Positions 10,271 through 20,655 of a DNA stretch of 64,000 nt are shown piece after piece. This DNA is from a bacterium (lineage in GTDB: Bacteria > Patescibacteriota > Andersenbacteria > UBA10190 > CAIZMI01). Under the pieces are notes generated by a model that saw only the letters and a program-made list of their open reading frames with translations, was not told the origin of the DNA and made no database searches. The position numbers and the translations under genes were made by a program. The stretch's first letter is position 1, and each line of letters opens with the position of its first letter. The stretch lies in assembly GCA_030647555.1 (NCBI GenBank), contig JAUSJG010000004.1, positions 36,661 through 100,660 on the forward strand, given 5' to 3'.

Positions 10271-11703
10271 ACGTATCGGTGTTGTTATATGAAGCAATAA
10301 AATTTATTATTCCGCTCCTGCCAATTTTGATACCCTTGAGCGCGGTAGTATTTTTATTCGTACCTTCGCGAAAATTGTTAGCATTGTTTTTGTTTTTTCT
10401 GGGATTCCAGGCGTTATTTATTGATGTGGGGGTTATGGTAAATATTCCACGTGTGTTGCTCTTCTTCTCTTTATTAACGCTGGTTTTATATTTTCCTAAA
10501 GATCTGGCGACTGCGATGGATGAATATCCGGGAAGAATTATGATAATAATTTTAATTATTTTTTTTAGCGTTTCAGCATTGTTGAATATCCCCAGTTTTC
10601 CGGTAAAAAGTATTGTTACAGCCTACGGACCGATAGGCGATAGTCTATTTCGTGATCGCGCCACAAAACAAATGTCACAAATTATGATGTTTGCACTTAA
10701 AGCCTCAATTCCTTTAGTAATTTTGGCGATATGTCGCTCACGGAAACAAATTGTGTCAATGGTAAAAATTTCCCTAATTGGTACTTCGATGCTTTGTATA
10801 TATGGGATATATCAGTATTTCGCTTATTTGTATAATTTACCCTCGATCTTTATTTTTCGTGGAGCATCAAACCCCACTGGTGGTATTGGCATTTTTAGTA
10901 CATCTCTCGGTAATTTTTTTAGAATTTCTTCCTTGGCGGGAGAGCCAAAAGATTTAGCTGGAATACTGCTACCATTTTCAGTTTTATTGGGAGTGATAAC
11001 CTGGCGAGTAATTAGAGAAAAGAAATATAGACTAGGTTTTAAATCCCTTTTACTGGGCATATTTTTATTGCATGTCTTTATTTTTACCATGACTTTTTCA
11101 ACCGCGGGGTGGTTGAGTGCCGTTGTTGCGGTGATTGGTATTTTAGGATTTAGTGTAAATTGGAAGCCCAAATTTAAACCGATCATATTGGTTTTTGGCG
11201 CGTTTCTTGGACTTTTTGCCGTATATATATTAGTTCCATCAGTTAATGAGGTGGTTAAACAGAGGTTTATCAGTAGGCTAAATCTGGAATATATAACCAA
11301 TGATGTTAATTATGGAGGTCCGCAACTTTTACACATGTATAAAACGCATCCGGAGACGATTATTTATGGGGCCTCATTGGGCGGTGCGGTATTTTACGAG
11401 CAATACAATGAACAACCGGAGAGCTTTGTCTATTACTTGTTCGATTATGGATTGCTTGGAATTCTATTCCTTTGTTATTTCTTTTACTTGATCGTAAAAA
11501 AAGTACTTTATTTATCAAAACAAAATAATCTGGAAAATGATATTTTATTTAATGGTCTTTTATACGCGATGATTGGAAGCATGGCGTCAACACTGGTATT
11601 TCCAAAAATTGACGCGATGCTTGGTTTGTGGGTTCTGATTGGATTAACTAGTGCGTTGGTTGTATATTCGCGAGGAGATGGTAAAGGCCTCGTCCGTAAA
11701 TAG
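10267..11703 (+). CDS. O-antigen ligase/Wzy-like polymerase
   Basis: about 11-12 hydrophobic segments, RISSLAGEP, TFSTAGW, DYGLLG; inside glycan cluster. Confidence 0.75.
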   Translation: MNVSVLLYEAIKFIIPLLPILIPLSAVVFLFVPSRKLLALFLFFLGFQALFIDVGVMVNIPRVLLFFSLLTLVLYFPKDLATAMDEYPGRIMIIILIIFFSVSALLNIPSFPVKSIVTAYGPIGDSLFRDRATKQMSQIMMFALKASIPLVILAICRSRKQIVSMVKISLIGTSMLCIYGIYQYFAYLYNLPSIFIFRGASNPTGGIGIFSTSLGNFFRISSLAGEPKDLAGILLPFSVLLGVITWRVIREKKYRLGFKSLLLGIFLLHVFIFTMTFSTAGWLSAVVAVIGILGFSVNWKPKFKPIILVFGAFLGLFAVYILVPSVNEVVKQRFISRLNLEYITNDVNYGGPQLLHMYKTHPETIIYGASLGGAVFYEQYNEQPESFVYYLFDYGLLGILFLCYFFYLIVKKVLYLSKQNNLENDILFNGLLYAMIGSMASTLVFPKIDAMLGLWVLIGLTSALVVYSRGDGKGLVRK

Positions 11704-11768
11704 GGCGGATCGTTGATGGACTTCACGTTTGTTTACGTTAGTCCCCTAAGGTGGTAAAATAAAACAAA

Positions 11769-13061
11769 ATGGACACAAACAATAATTCATCCTGGCGCTT
11801 ATTAAAAACCGTGAAAGATCGTTGGTTTGTTGTTGTGTGTATTTTTCTTTCAATTTCCGTGTTGGGGACATATATTATTTGGTTGGCGGCACGTACATAT
11901 TCCGCAACCGCAGTTTTGTTGGTTCACTCACAACAAAAAGACGTAATTGATATGCAATCGTTACAAACGGTTGAAAGGATCAATTCCACTATCGCACAAC
12001 TGGCTACACAAGAAAGCGTTGTCAGTAAGGTTGAAAATATTACGGGAAATTACCAAAGTAATGTTTCCGCGTGGCCGGTAAAAGGAACGGAATTTATCAA
12101 TATTACAGCCATAGATTCTTCACCTGAATCGGCGCAACGTCTGGCAAATACTACTGTTGACGTGCTTCTTGATAGGGTAAATTGGTTGCAGGAAAAACAG
12201 CCGTTGGGAATTAGTGTTGAAGTCGTTGAAAAAGCGGTAGCACCACCAATTCCTTCTTCTACTTCAAAAAAGGTTCAAGCTGTTGGAGTCGTTATTTTTG
12301 CGATATTTTGTAGCATATTTTCAGCAGGTATCACGGAGTCTCTGGATAGGAGAGTTAGGGAGGAAGATGTAGAAACTGAGCTGCAGTTGGCCATTATTGG
12401 TAAGACAAACAAATTCCACCACAGTCATACCGGGTCTCTGCGTTCAAGAGATTCGTTTAAGCAATTGCAGTCAACAATGCAGTTTCTTAAATTTGATGAA
12501 CCAACAAACGCCATTGCATTTACTGGAACTTCACCGGGTGAAGGAAAATCTTCAACCATAGCAAACCTGGCCCTCGCTTTTCATAACGTAGGGCAGGATG
12601 TAATAATCGCGGATTTGGACTTCCGGAGACCAACAATGCATCGGCTGTTTGATATAGCAAACAGCTCAAAAAGCGGGCTTAGCAATATTTTGTTGAGTAC
12701 AAGCAATTTCCCTGATCCGGTGCAAACAAAATTTAAGCACATTTCTGTTTATCCCGCAGGAATTGCCGCACCGGATGACGCGGCACGTATTTATCAATCT
12801 CCTCGTTTACGTGAGCTAACTGAAAAAATGCGTGATAGTTGGCTATTGATTGATTTACCGCCACTTTTACTTGTTCCAGGGGCGGCAACAGTTGCTTCTG
12901 TTTGCAAAAACACAGTTTTTGTTATTGAGCCGGCAAAAACAAAACTTAGAGATGCAAAAGCGTGTCTGGCGATATTACGACGCGCAAATGTTAATATTGT
13001 TGGTGCTATTCTTACAAAAGTTAAAGGAATTAACGCCTATTATTCAAAAGACGAATATTAG
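11769..13061 (+). CDS. Wzz/Wzc-like chain-length regulator with BY-kinase domain (CpsD/CapB)
   Basis: two TM segments, Walker A GEGKS, ADLDFRRP, IDLPP, C-terminal Tyr cluster AYYSKDEY. Confidence 0.88.
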   Translation: MDTNNNSSWRLLKTVKDRWFVVVCIFLSISVLGTYIIWLAARTYSATAVLLVHSQQKDVIDMQSLQTVERINSTIAQLATQESVVSKVENITGNYQSNVSAWPVKGTEFINITAIDSSPESAQRLANTTVDVLLDRVNWLQEKQPLGISVEVVEKAVAPPIPSSTSKKVQAVGVVIFAIFCSIFSAGITESLDRRVREEDVETELQLAIIGKTNKFHHSHTGSLRSRDSFKQLQSTMQFLKFDEPTNAIAFTGTSPGEGKSSTIANLALAFHNVGQDVIIADLDFRRPTMHRLFDIANSSKSGLSNILLSTSNFPDPVQTKFKHISVYPAGIAAPDDAARIYQSPRLRELTEKMRDSWLLIDLPPLLLVPGAATVASVCKNTVFVIEPAKTKLRDAKACLAILRRANVNIVGAILTKVKGINAYYSKDEY

Positions 13062-14311
13062 TCTATTTTTTGAAGTTTATCTTCATAAAGTGAAATTAGC
13101 CGCGACACAACTATCGTCCAAGAATATTTGTTGCTAATTATGTTGTGTTGAGTTGTAGTATTATGCGGACTGGTAATAGTTTTGGAGATCGCCTCAGTGA
13201 TTTTTTCTGCCAAACACTTACTATCGCCTGGGGGGCAAGGGCTTTCATTGTCAGTGATTTTAAGTATTTCTGAAATTGCGCCAGTGTTGGTTCCAACGAG
13301 CGGTTTTCCACAAGATGCTGCCTCCAGAAATGTTAAGCAAAAACCTTCTTGTAATGATGGTTGAACATAAATATCACAGCCATTAAAGAAATCCAAAAGT
13401 TCATCCCTGCATATTTCATTTGTAATAAAAGTCCAATTCGGACCGAGTTTGTATTTTTGTATATAATCGTCTAGTTTATTTTTATATTTCTTTTCTTTTA
13501 TTGAACCAATATTTATAATGTGTACGTTTGGATAATATTTTCTAATTTCAACAGAAGCGGTCAATAAGACGTGTAAACCTTTGTGTTGAGAGATCGGAGC
13601 AACCGTCAAAATTGTGGGAAAATGATTTGGTCTTGATCTTTTAACGTTGAGTTGTGGTGTAAAAATATCAACATTAACACCATTTGGAATGACGATTATT
13701 TTCCCATCAGGAATATAGTTTTGGATCAAATGATTTTTTACATGTTCACTTACTGCAATAATATTTGTGACTTTGTACTTTTGAAATCTTGAGATATTTA
13801 TTTGTTTTACGACATAGAAATAAATTGTTGTTAGTAATACATTGAGCGAAGAAATAGGTGTCGTTGAAAGTGGAGAATATTCCGCGGGGGGAAAATTATG
13901 TACTGTCCAAAAGACAGGGATATGAATAATGTGATTATTGAAAATACCAGTCACATAGTGACCATATAAAACATGAACAATGTCGGCTTTGAGGCTTAAT
14001 ATTTGATGAACAATAATCTTATCAAGTTCTTTGCAAAAATTTCGTCGTGCAGCGCGCGTATTGTGGTCAAGGTTGCTTGGTAAACCCAAATTATAGACAT
14101 TGTAGTTGTCAATTTTTACCCACCTAAGTGGGGGAAAGGTTTTTTCGTCCGGTGTATAAGTTATAAGAAAAACATTTTGACCAAGCCTTGCGAGGGTTTT
14201 ACAGATATTTTTCACATAGGTTATTGTCCCGCCAATCAGGGGAGAATAGTGTTCGCTTATACAAAGTATATTTAATGGCCGACTCTTGACTAATTGGTGG
14301 TTTGTTGCCAT
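13058..14311 (-). CDS. glycosyltransferase family 4
   Basis: IPNGV, HKG, QPSLQEGFCLTFLEA. Confidence 0.9.
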   Translation of the reverse strand: MATNHQLVKSRPLNILCISEHYSPLIGGTITYVKNICKTLARLGQNVFLITYTPDEKTFPPLRWVKIDNYNVYNLGLPSNLDHNTRAARRNFCKELDKIIVHQILSLKADIVHVLYGHYVTGIFNNHIIHIPVFWTVHNFPPAEYSPLSTTPISSLNVLLTTIYFYVVKQINISRFQKYKVTNIIAVSEHVKNHLIQNYIPDGKIIVIPNGVNVDIFTPQLNVKRSRPNHFPTILTVAPISQHKGLHVLLTASVEIRKYYPNVHIINIGSIKEKKYKNKLDDYIQKYKLGPNWTFITNEICRDELLDFFNGCDIYVQPSLQEGFCLTFLEAASCGKPLVGTNTGAISEILKITDNESPCPPGDSKCLAEKITEAISKTITSPHNTTTQHNIISNKYSWTIVVSRLISLYEDKLQKID

Positions 14312-14340
14312 TTTTCAAGTTTATAAGGCATTCTTTAATC

Positions 14341-15987
14341 ATGCTAGTACTTGGAATTAACGCGTTTCACGGGGATGCCGCCGCAAGCTTGGTGGATGAT
14401 GGCAAGATTGTGGCTGCAGTCGCCGAGGAGAGGTTTACACGCAATAAGCATGAGGGCGGATTGCCAATTCAAGCCATTGCGTGGTGTCTAGGTCAAACAA
14501 AAAAAAGAGTAGAGCATGTGGCAATTAGTCGTAATCCGTCACTGTTTCGTTTGCGTAAAATCATTACGATTTTTGAAAATCCACTTTTATTAAAACGAAT
14601 TAATAATAGGTTAAATAATGCGAACAAAATTAATGCCGTTAAGGAACAGGTTCAAAGAATCATTGATCACAAAATAATTCTACATCAGGTAGAACACCAT
14701 CGTGCTCATCTTGCGTATACTTTTGCCGTAAGTAATTTTGATGAATGTAATTTATTATCAGTGGATGGGTTTGGTGATTTTGTTAGTACCGCTTGGGGCT
14801 CTTGCGATGGTAAAAATGTTAAAATCGATAAAAGAGTTTTTTTTCCACATTCAATCGGTATATTTTATACGGCACTAACGCAATTTTTGGGATTTTCCGG
14901 GTATGGCGAAGAGTATAAAGTAATGGCCTTAGCTTCATTTGGCACCCCGCGGTATTTAGAACTATTTAATAAAATAATTTCGAAGACTTGTAGCGGATTT
15001 CAGCTTTCGACGAAATATTTTACTCACACAAAAGGCGGTGCGGATATGACTTATGGTGCCGGTACGCCGGTAGTGGGGAAGCTGTACTCTAAAGAGCTGG
15101 AAAAAATATTGGGGCCCGCCAGAAGACGTGATCAACTAATAACTGAGCGACATTATGACATTGCCGCAACACTTCAAGCCATGACAACGGATATGGTGTT
15201 GCATCTCGCGATGCTGGTAAAAAAAACTTCAAACTTAAAAAATTTAGCCATCAGCGGGGGAGTGGCACAAAATAGCGTAACTAATGGCGTTTTTGAAAGA
15301 AGTGGGCTGTTTGAAAACTATTGGTTTCCGAGCGCACCCGCCGATGATGGAACCGCTATCGGCGCTGCGGCCATAGTTGCCCTTGCCAATGGCGATAGGT
15401 TCGTTGGGAAAGGTAATAATTCGGCATTCCTGGGGTCGAATTATTGCAATGATAATTCGGGCCTGATTTCAGCGGTTGTTGATTTGCTTGGCAGGGGTAA
15501 AATTGTCGGCTGGTTTGAAGGTAGAGCGGAATTTGGGCCGCGAGCACTTGGACATCGTTCTATTCTGGCAGATCCGCGACTAAAAGATATAAAGGAAAAA
15601 ATAAATGCGGTCATAAAAAAAAGAGAAAACTTTCGGCCATTTGCTCCAATGGTATTATTGGAAGATTGTCCGAAGTATTTTGAAATGACAAAACCTTCAC
15701 CAAACATGATGACGGTTGCATTGGTAAAAAAAGAATGGAGGGACAGATTGTCTGCCGTAACGCATTTTGATGGGACAGCTCGCGTTCAGACGGTTACTGG
15801 GGAATTTTTGCCAAACATTGCAACTCTATTGGAAAGATGGCGTGATGTCGCGGGTATGAGTGTTTTGCTCAATACTTCTTTTAATGAGAACGAACCGATT
15901 GTGAATACACCAGAAGAGGCAAAGGCTTGTTTTCAGCGGACAAAAATGGATGCGCTGGCCATAAATGGCGAGTTATTCGTGAAATAG
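14341..15987 (+). CDS. carbamoyltransferase (NodU/CmcH/TobZ family)
   Basis: MLVLGINAFHGDAAA, AEERFTR, HHRAH, VDGFGD, EFGPRALGHRSILADP, LLNTSFN. Confidence 0.95.
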   Translation: MLVLGINAFHGDAAASLVDDGKIVAAVAEERFTRNKHEGGLPIQAIAWCLGQTKKRVEHVAISRNPSLFRLRKIITIFENPLLLKRINNRLNNANKINAVKEQVQRIIDHKIILHQVEHHRAHLAYTFAVSNFDECNLLSVDGFGDFVSTAWGSCDGKNVKIDKRVFFPHSIGIFYTALTQFLGFSGYGEEYKVMALASFGTPRYLELFNKIISKTCSGFQLSTKYFTHTKGGADMTYGAGTPVVGKLYSKELEKILGPARRRDQLITERHYDIAATLQAMTTDMVLHLAMLVKKTSNLKNLAISGGVAQNSVTNGVFERSGLFENYWFPSAPADDGTAIGAAAIVALANGDRFVGKGNNSAFLGSNYCNDNSGLISAVVDLLGRGKIVGWFEGRAEFGPRALGHRSILADPRLKDIKEKINAVIKKRENFRPFAPMVLLEDCPKYFEMTKPSPNMMTVALVKKEWRDRLSAVTHFDGTARVQTVTGEFLPNIATLLERWRDVAGMSVLLNTSFNENEPIVNTPEEAKACFQRTKMDALAINGELFVK

Positions 15988-16006
15988 GCGTTTTGTTGGT
16001 ACATTT

Positions 16007-17509
16007 ATGAGTGCTATGAAGATAACTTTTATAAATCCCCCCGTCTGGAAGGGAACTAGGCCAGTAGACAGAGTTTATGGTTGCACCTATGCCCTTTATC
16101 CAATTCCAAACATTGTTGCAGTGGGTTACGCGGCGGTAATTCTTGAGACAGGCTTAGATGCTGATTATTTGGATGCTGCTAATGAGCGAATTAGCGCAGA
16201 TACGTTTCTTGAAAAAATAAGAAAAGATCAAAGTGATGTATATTCGTTTCATACAACAAATCTCTCACAAGAGATTGATTTAAAAACGGTTCGGGAAATG
16301 AGGCGGATTAAGCCACAGGTGTGGTTTGTTTTTACTGGTCCCGCGCCAACGGATCGTCCCGACGAATTTTTACTTGATGACAAGATGGTTGTTGCAAGGG
16401 GGGAAGCGGACTATATTTTGCGAGATATAGTTTTAGAAATTAAGAATGGTGGACGTAGGGAGGAATTTAAAAAAATAAAGGGAGCATCTTTTATTGAAAA
16501 CGGGAAGCATGTTCATAATGTCAGTGCTGGTTTAATTGAAGACCTGGATGTGTTACCAATTCCCGCAAGATATTTATTGAAGAAAGGGATTTTTTATAAT
16601 CCGAAATTACCCAACGAGCCGGTTACTTCAATGTTAACCTCGCGCAATTGTGCGTTCCAGTGCGTTTTTTGCGTGCCTAATTCAATTGGATTTGCAAGGG
16701 AAATCGAATATAAACGCTACAACAATAATGAAAATGTTTCCGATGGGGAATTGCCTTCTGGATACGGAAAATTTATTAAACCACCGGTTAGAAAACGTAG
16801 TGCAAAAAAAGTTATTGAGGAATTTGTTCAACTTAAAAAAGATGGCTATCGCTCCGTAGCAATAGCAGACGACCAGTTTTTGTGGGAGGAGGAACGAACC
16901 ATCGAAATTTGTGATGGAATTAAGAATTTGGGAATTACGTGGGGCTGTCTTGCGAGGGCAGATCGAGTTACGGAAAAAACGGCCATCGCGATGGCTGAAT
17001 CAGGGTGTCGTTATGTAGATTTTGGCGTCGAGTCTCTAAATCCACAAACACTTCTTTACATAAACAAGGGCACCACAAAAGAGAGAATTATTGAGGGAAT
17101 CAAAATTCTTCAGAAAGTCGGTATAAAAGTAAAGGTGAATATGCTGATTGGTGCAGATCCCAATGAAAGTTCTGCGATGTTGTGGAACAGCATTAAAGAA
17201 ATTACCTCTCTTCATCCTGAAAATATTATGTATAGCATTGTCAGTCCTTATCCCGGGACAAAATTTTATGAGATTGCAAAAAAGGAAGGGTTTTTTATGG
17301 ATAGAGATTTTAAGGCAGTAAGTGTTCATCAAAAAGCAATCACTGATTTACCAAACATCTCCGCTCAAGATCTTGAAAAAATTATTCGCAAGGCGAATTA
17401 CTTATTCTTGTTTAATTGGTATACAATTAAACAAAATTTGTGGCGCTTGGGGCGCCCAAAGAGTGCGATTTCTGCGTTACTGGCAATCAGGGAAAAACTA
17501 TTTTCATGA
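16007..17509 (+). CDS. B12-binding-domain radical SAM protein
   Basis: N-terminal cobalamin-binding-like domain, CAFQCVFC (CxxxCxxC), FGVES, PYPGT. Confidence 0.9.
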   Translation: MSAMKITFINPPVWKGTRPVDRVYGCTYALYPIPNIVAVGYAAVILETGLDADYLDAANERISADTFLEKIRKDQSDVYSFHTTNLSQEIDLKTVREMRRIKPQVWFVFTGPAPTDRPDEFLLDDKMVVARGEADYILRDIVLEIKNGGRREEFKKIKGASFIENGKHVHNVSAGLIEDLDVLPIPARYLLKKGIFYNPKLPNEPVTSMLTSRNCAFQCVFCVPNSIGFAREIEYKRYNNNENVSDGELPSGYGKFIKPPVRKRSAKKVIEEFVQLKKDGYRSVAIADDQFLWEEERTIEICDGIKNLGITWGCLARADRVTEKTAIAMAESGCRYVDFGVESLNPQTLLYINKGTTKERIIEGIKILQKVGIKVKVNMLIGADPNESSAMLWNSIKEITSLHPENIMYSIVSPYPGTKFYEIAKKEGFFMDRDFKAVSVHQKAITDLPNISAQDLEKIIRKANYLFLFNWYTIKQNLWRLGRPKSAISALLAIREKLFS

Positions 17510-17535
17510 ACCTGACTGGGTAGTTGTGATGGGGT

Positions 17536-18735
17536 ATGAAAATATTATTTATCACTTCAAGGCTACCGTTTCCACCATATCGTGGAGATAAGTTGCGAAC
17601 TTTTAATTTTATAAAAGAACTTTCTCTGAATCACGATATTCATCTTGTTTCGTTCTACGAATCAAGACAGGAGCTCGTTGATTGTAAGCAACTGGAAAAA
17701 TACTGTAAAAAAATTTATCTTGTGTATTTGCCCAAATGGCTAGCCTGGTTAAAGGCGGTCACGTTTTATTTCTCAAATGATCCATCGCAGGTTGCGTATT
17801 ACCGATCTGGCAGAATGAAAAGACTTATTGCACAAATATTAAATAATGAGAGTTTTGATTTGGCATACATCCATCTTTTTCGAATGTTTCAATATGTCCA
17901 TTTAATCCCCGACAATGTTTATAAAGTAACGGATTTAACAGATGTAATTTCGAAAGAAATCTTTAGATCAATTGGTAATGAAAATAATTTACACACAAGA
18001 ATAATTAAAAGGGAGGCAACGAAAATAAGAAAATATGAACAGATGGTCGCGTGGACGACCAATGAGACATGGGTGATTTCTGAACAGGAAAAATGGGATC
18101 TAATCGCAAGTAGTAATTGCGAAAGGGTGAGTGTGGTTAAAAACGGGGTAAATATCAGTGGCGATATGAAGCGCCTTTATGATGATCCCAATATTTTATT
18201 TTTTGGATATTATAATACCAGTCACAATAAAGACGCACTGAAATTTTTAAAAGATAATATTATGCCAAATATCATAAAAAAAGTTCCAAATACTAAATTA
18301 ACAGTTTTTGGAGCAGGGAAGTGGCGCACCCCGAAAAATGTAAAATCCAAGTTCCCTGTTAATTATTTAGGATTTATTTCTGATCTTAGCGACGTCTTTG
18401 TATCAGCAACTGTTATGGTGGCACCTATTTTATATTCTGCCGGAACACAAAATAAAATTTTAGAAGCCATGAACCATGGTGTCCCCGTAATCACCAGCAA
18501 TTTTGGCAACGAAGGAATCGACGCAAAAAATGGCACCGAAATAATTCTTTGCAACAGTTCGGAGGAGTATGTGACCCAAATCTGCCGAATAATAACTGAT
18601 GTTCGTCTAAATGAACATATTGGAGTAAATGGCCAAAAATACGTGCGTCAGAATTTTTCATGGGATAACGTGACTAAGAGGGTAAGTGAGATAGAAAAAA
18701 CGCTTAAATCGCAAAATTTGAAGCCGAATTCATAA
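17536..18735 (+). CDS. glycosyltransferase family 4 (PEP-CTERM-system-like sugar transferase)
   Basis: MKILFITSRLPFPPYRGDKLR, GTQNKILEAM. Confidence 0.9.
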   Translation: MKILFITSRLPFPPYRGDKLRTFNFIKELSLNHDIHLVSFYESRQELVDCKQLEKYCKKIYLVYLPKWLAWLKAVTFYFSNDPSQVAYYRSGRMKRLIAQILNNESFDLAYIHLFRMFQYVHLIPDNVYKVTDLTDVISKEIFRSIGNENNLHTRIIKREATKIRKYEQMVAWTTNETWVISEQEKWDLIASSNCERVSVVKNGVNISGDMKRLYDDPNILFFGYYNTSHNKDALKFLKDNIMPNIIKKVPNTKLTVFGAGKWRTPKNVKSKFPVNYLGFISDLSDVFVSATVMVAPILYSAGTQNKILEAMNHGVPVITSNFGNEGIDAKNGTEIILCNSSEEYVTQICRIITDVRLNEHIGVNGQKYVRQNFSWDNVTKRVSEIEKTLKSQNLKPNS

Positions 18736-18800
18736 GGGAGGATTTTTGCAGTAGGGCGGCACGAGGTTCTGTATTTGCACTATTTATTGAGATAGATTAA

Positions 18801-18828
18801 TATGAGTATAATCACTATTATACTCAGT
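18801..18828. other. candidate dif-like recombination site
   Basis: TATGAGTATAA-TCACTA-TTATACTCAGT: 11-6-11 layout with 9-bp perfect inverted repeat, 13 bp before the recombinase ATG. Confidence 0.6.
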
Positions 18829-18841
18829 TAAATACATACCC

Positions 18842-19801
18842 ATGGACACAAAACAAAAACCGAGCCTTCCCCACCTGGATAAATATATTTTGCATTTGAT
18901 CACACACAACTATTCAAAAGAAACAATTTATAATTACGAAAGAGATTTGCAACTGTTGGAAAATTTTTTGAAAAATGATTTGAAAATCCCCTTCCAAAAA
19001 TTCGATAAGCAAGCATTGGAGCTTTATAAAGCCGAGTTGGTTTCGATTGATCGAAAAACGGCAAATGGAGTTACCGCGGGGGCCTCTACCCTATCGTCTC
19101 GTTCCATCAACAGGGCGCTTTCCGCTTTTCGTTCTTATTTATCATTTTTAATTGCAAATGATATTCCGTGTCCTTTACCGCGTGAAGCAGTCACATTAAT
19201 TCGAATGGAAAGACGTCACGCGCGCGTAGCCGAATTGGAAGAATTGATTCGTTTGATTGAAGCACCGACAACAATGGAAAAAAATAAAGAAATTGCGTTG
19301 CGAAATCGTGCGATACTTGAAACATTGTTTGCAACCGGAATGAGAATATCAGAACTCGTGTCATTAAATTGCGATCAAGTGGACGGAAAAGGAAAGATAT
19401 TTGTCAAAGGAAAAGGGAAAAAAGAAAGATTTGTTTATATGACGCCCAGGGCTACGGAATATGTTAATCGGTATGTGTCATTGCATAAGGACAAAAAAGG
19501 CGCGCTGTTTACCCCCCTGCGTGGCAGAAACGCAAAATCACAGAAAGCGAGAATATCAACAAACTATCTGCAAGATAAAATAAAAAAATATCGGGAGGCA
19601 CTTGGAATTGTTGTGCCAACATCGGCCCATTCCCTAAGACATGGGTTTGCTACTTATCTCGCCGAGTCGGGTGCCAACCCCGCGGCTATTCAAATATTGC
19701 TCGGCCACGAATCTTTGGAAACCACAACGAGATATGTGCATCCCTCCGACAGGTTTGCCGAAACAACGCACAAAAAATTTCACCCGCTGCAAAACATCTA
19801 A
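18842..19801 (+). CDS. XerC/XerD-family tyrosine recombinase
   Basis: SAM-like N-domain; TGMRISEL, KGKKER, HSLRH, LLGH and TTRY supply the catalytic residues. Confidence 0.93.
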   Translation: MDTKQKPSLPHLDKYILHLITHNYSKETIYNYERDLQLLENFLKNDLKIPFQKFDKQALELYKAELVSIDRKTANGVTAGASTLSSRSINRALSAFRSYLSFLIANDIPCPLPREAVTLIRMERRHARVAELEELIRLIEAPTTMEKNKEIALRNRAILETLFATGMRISELVSLNCDQVDGKGKIFVKGKGKKERFVYMTPRATEYVNRYVSLHKDKKGALFTPLRGRNAKSQKARISTNYLQDKIKKYREALGIVVPTSAHSLRHGFATYLAESGANPAAIQILLGHESLETTTRYVHPSDRFAETTHKKFHPLQNI

Positions 19802-19866
19802 TGATTTGTCGCCACCAATTTTTTGGATATATTGCGGATGACTCCCAAAAGCGGGATATCTCAAAT

Positions 19867-20018
19867 AATGACCAATGTCCACTACCCAATAACCACTGAA
19901 TGACCACTAAGATAAATGACCAATTTCTACGCATAACGTCACCACTATGATGCTCGTATCCAGTGGTTATTAATGCATTAGTTATTCAGTGGTCATTGGT
20001 TATTGAGTATTGGTCATT
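19867..20018. repeat. 7-nt-periodic inverted repeat (TGACCAA-type unit)
   Basis: TGACCAA TGTCCAC TACCCAA TAACCAC ... mirrored by GTGGTCA TTGGTTA TTGAGTA TTGGTCA. Confidence 0.75.
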
Positions 20019-20105
20019 AATCATGGATACACGAAGAAACACGATAAGAAATACTCGTTGGTTGATTAGATCTATCCCGCTATTGCGTGCGATCCCGTAT
20101 TTCTT

Positions 20106-20576
20106 CTATCCTTTCGTTACGCAAACACTCGGTTCGTAACCCGCATCAATCGCCTCTTGTTCCGTTTTAAAGAAAACCAGGTTTTCTTCTTTAATACGTT
20201 TAACTTCGGCGCAACTTGTAAAATAGTATTTTGTGCCGTTTATCGACGCGGCATATTGGCCATTACCGGTTGTAGTACTATTTGTTGCATTATCGGTAGT
20301 TTCTCCTGCAACGCGTGGAAGCATACTCGCAACGGGAGTGGTTTTGGTCGCCGAGGTCAATACTGCGATATCGGCATCCGAAAACACTGATGGAACTGCG
20401 TTTGTGCCCTGAAAAACGATCGGAGACGCTTTTTTAGTCTCCGATGACCAATAACCCACCAAGTAGCCCAGAATCACCAGAAATACGCCTAAAACCCACA
20501 TAAAAACTTTGTCCTCTCGCTTGGCGGTCAATTTTTGCCATTGGTCAGTTACGCTCATGTTAAACATATGGTACAA
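20106..20576 (-). CDS. membrane-anchored protein with C-terminal Ada metal-binding-like domain
   Basis: TM helix, Thr-rich linker, YAASINGTKYYFTSC...F....EA...GY.PS. Confidence 0.8.
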   Translation of the reverse strand: MYHMFNMSVTDQWQKLTAKREDKVFMWVLGVFLVILGYLVGYWSSETKKASPIVFQGTNAVPSVFSDADIAVLTSATKTTPVASMLPRVAGETTDNATNSTTTGNGQYAASINGTKYYFTSCAEVKRIKEENLVFFKTEQEAIDAGYEPSVCVTKG

Positions 20577-20655
20577 CTATGGCTGATATTATCCCAGTAA
20601 TACAACCGTCAAGAAGTTGAAAGTATTTGTTTTTTAATATATACTCATCAATTAA

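Noticed and set aside
18842-19801. Recombinase as a prophage or integron integrase
   Set aside because: No phage genes, att duplication, IntI insertion or attC array seen; size and motifs fit a chromosomal Xer
19867-20018. Heptamer repeats as CRISPR arrays
   Set aside because: No constant repeat with unique spacers and no cas genes in the window
20593-20607. 15-nt exact match CCCAGTAATACAACC with 58821-58835
   Set aside because: A few 15-mer matches are expected by chance in 64 kb, and similarity does not extend
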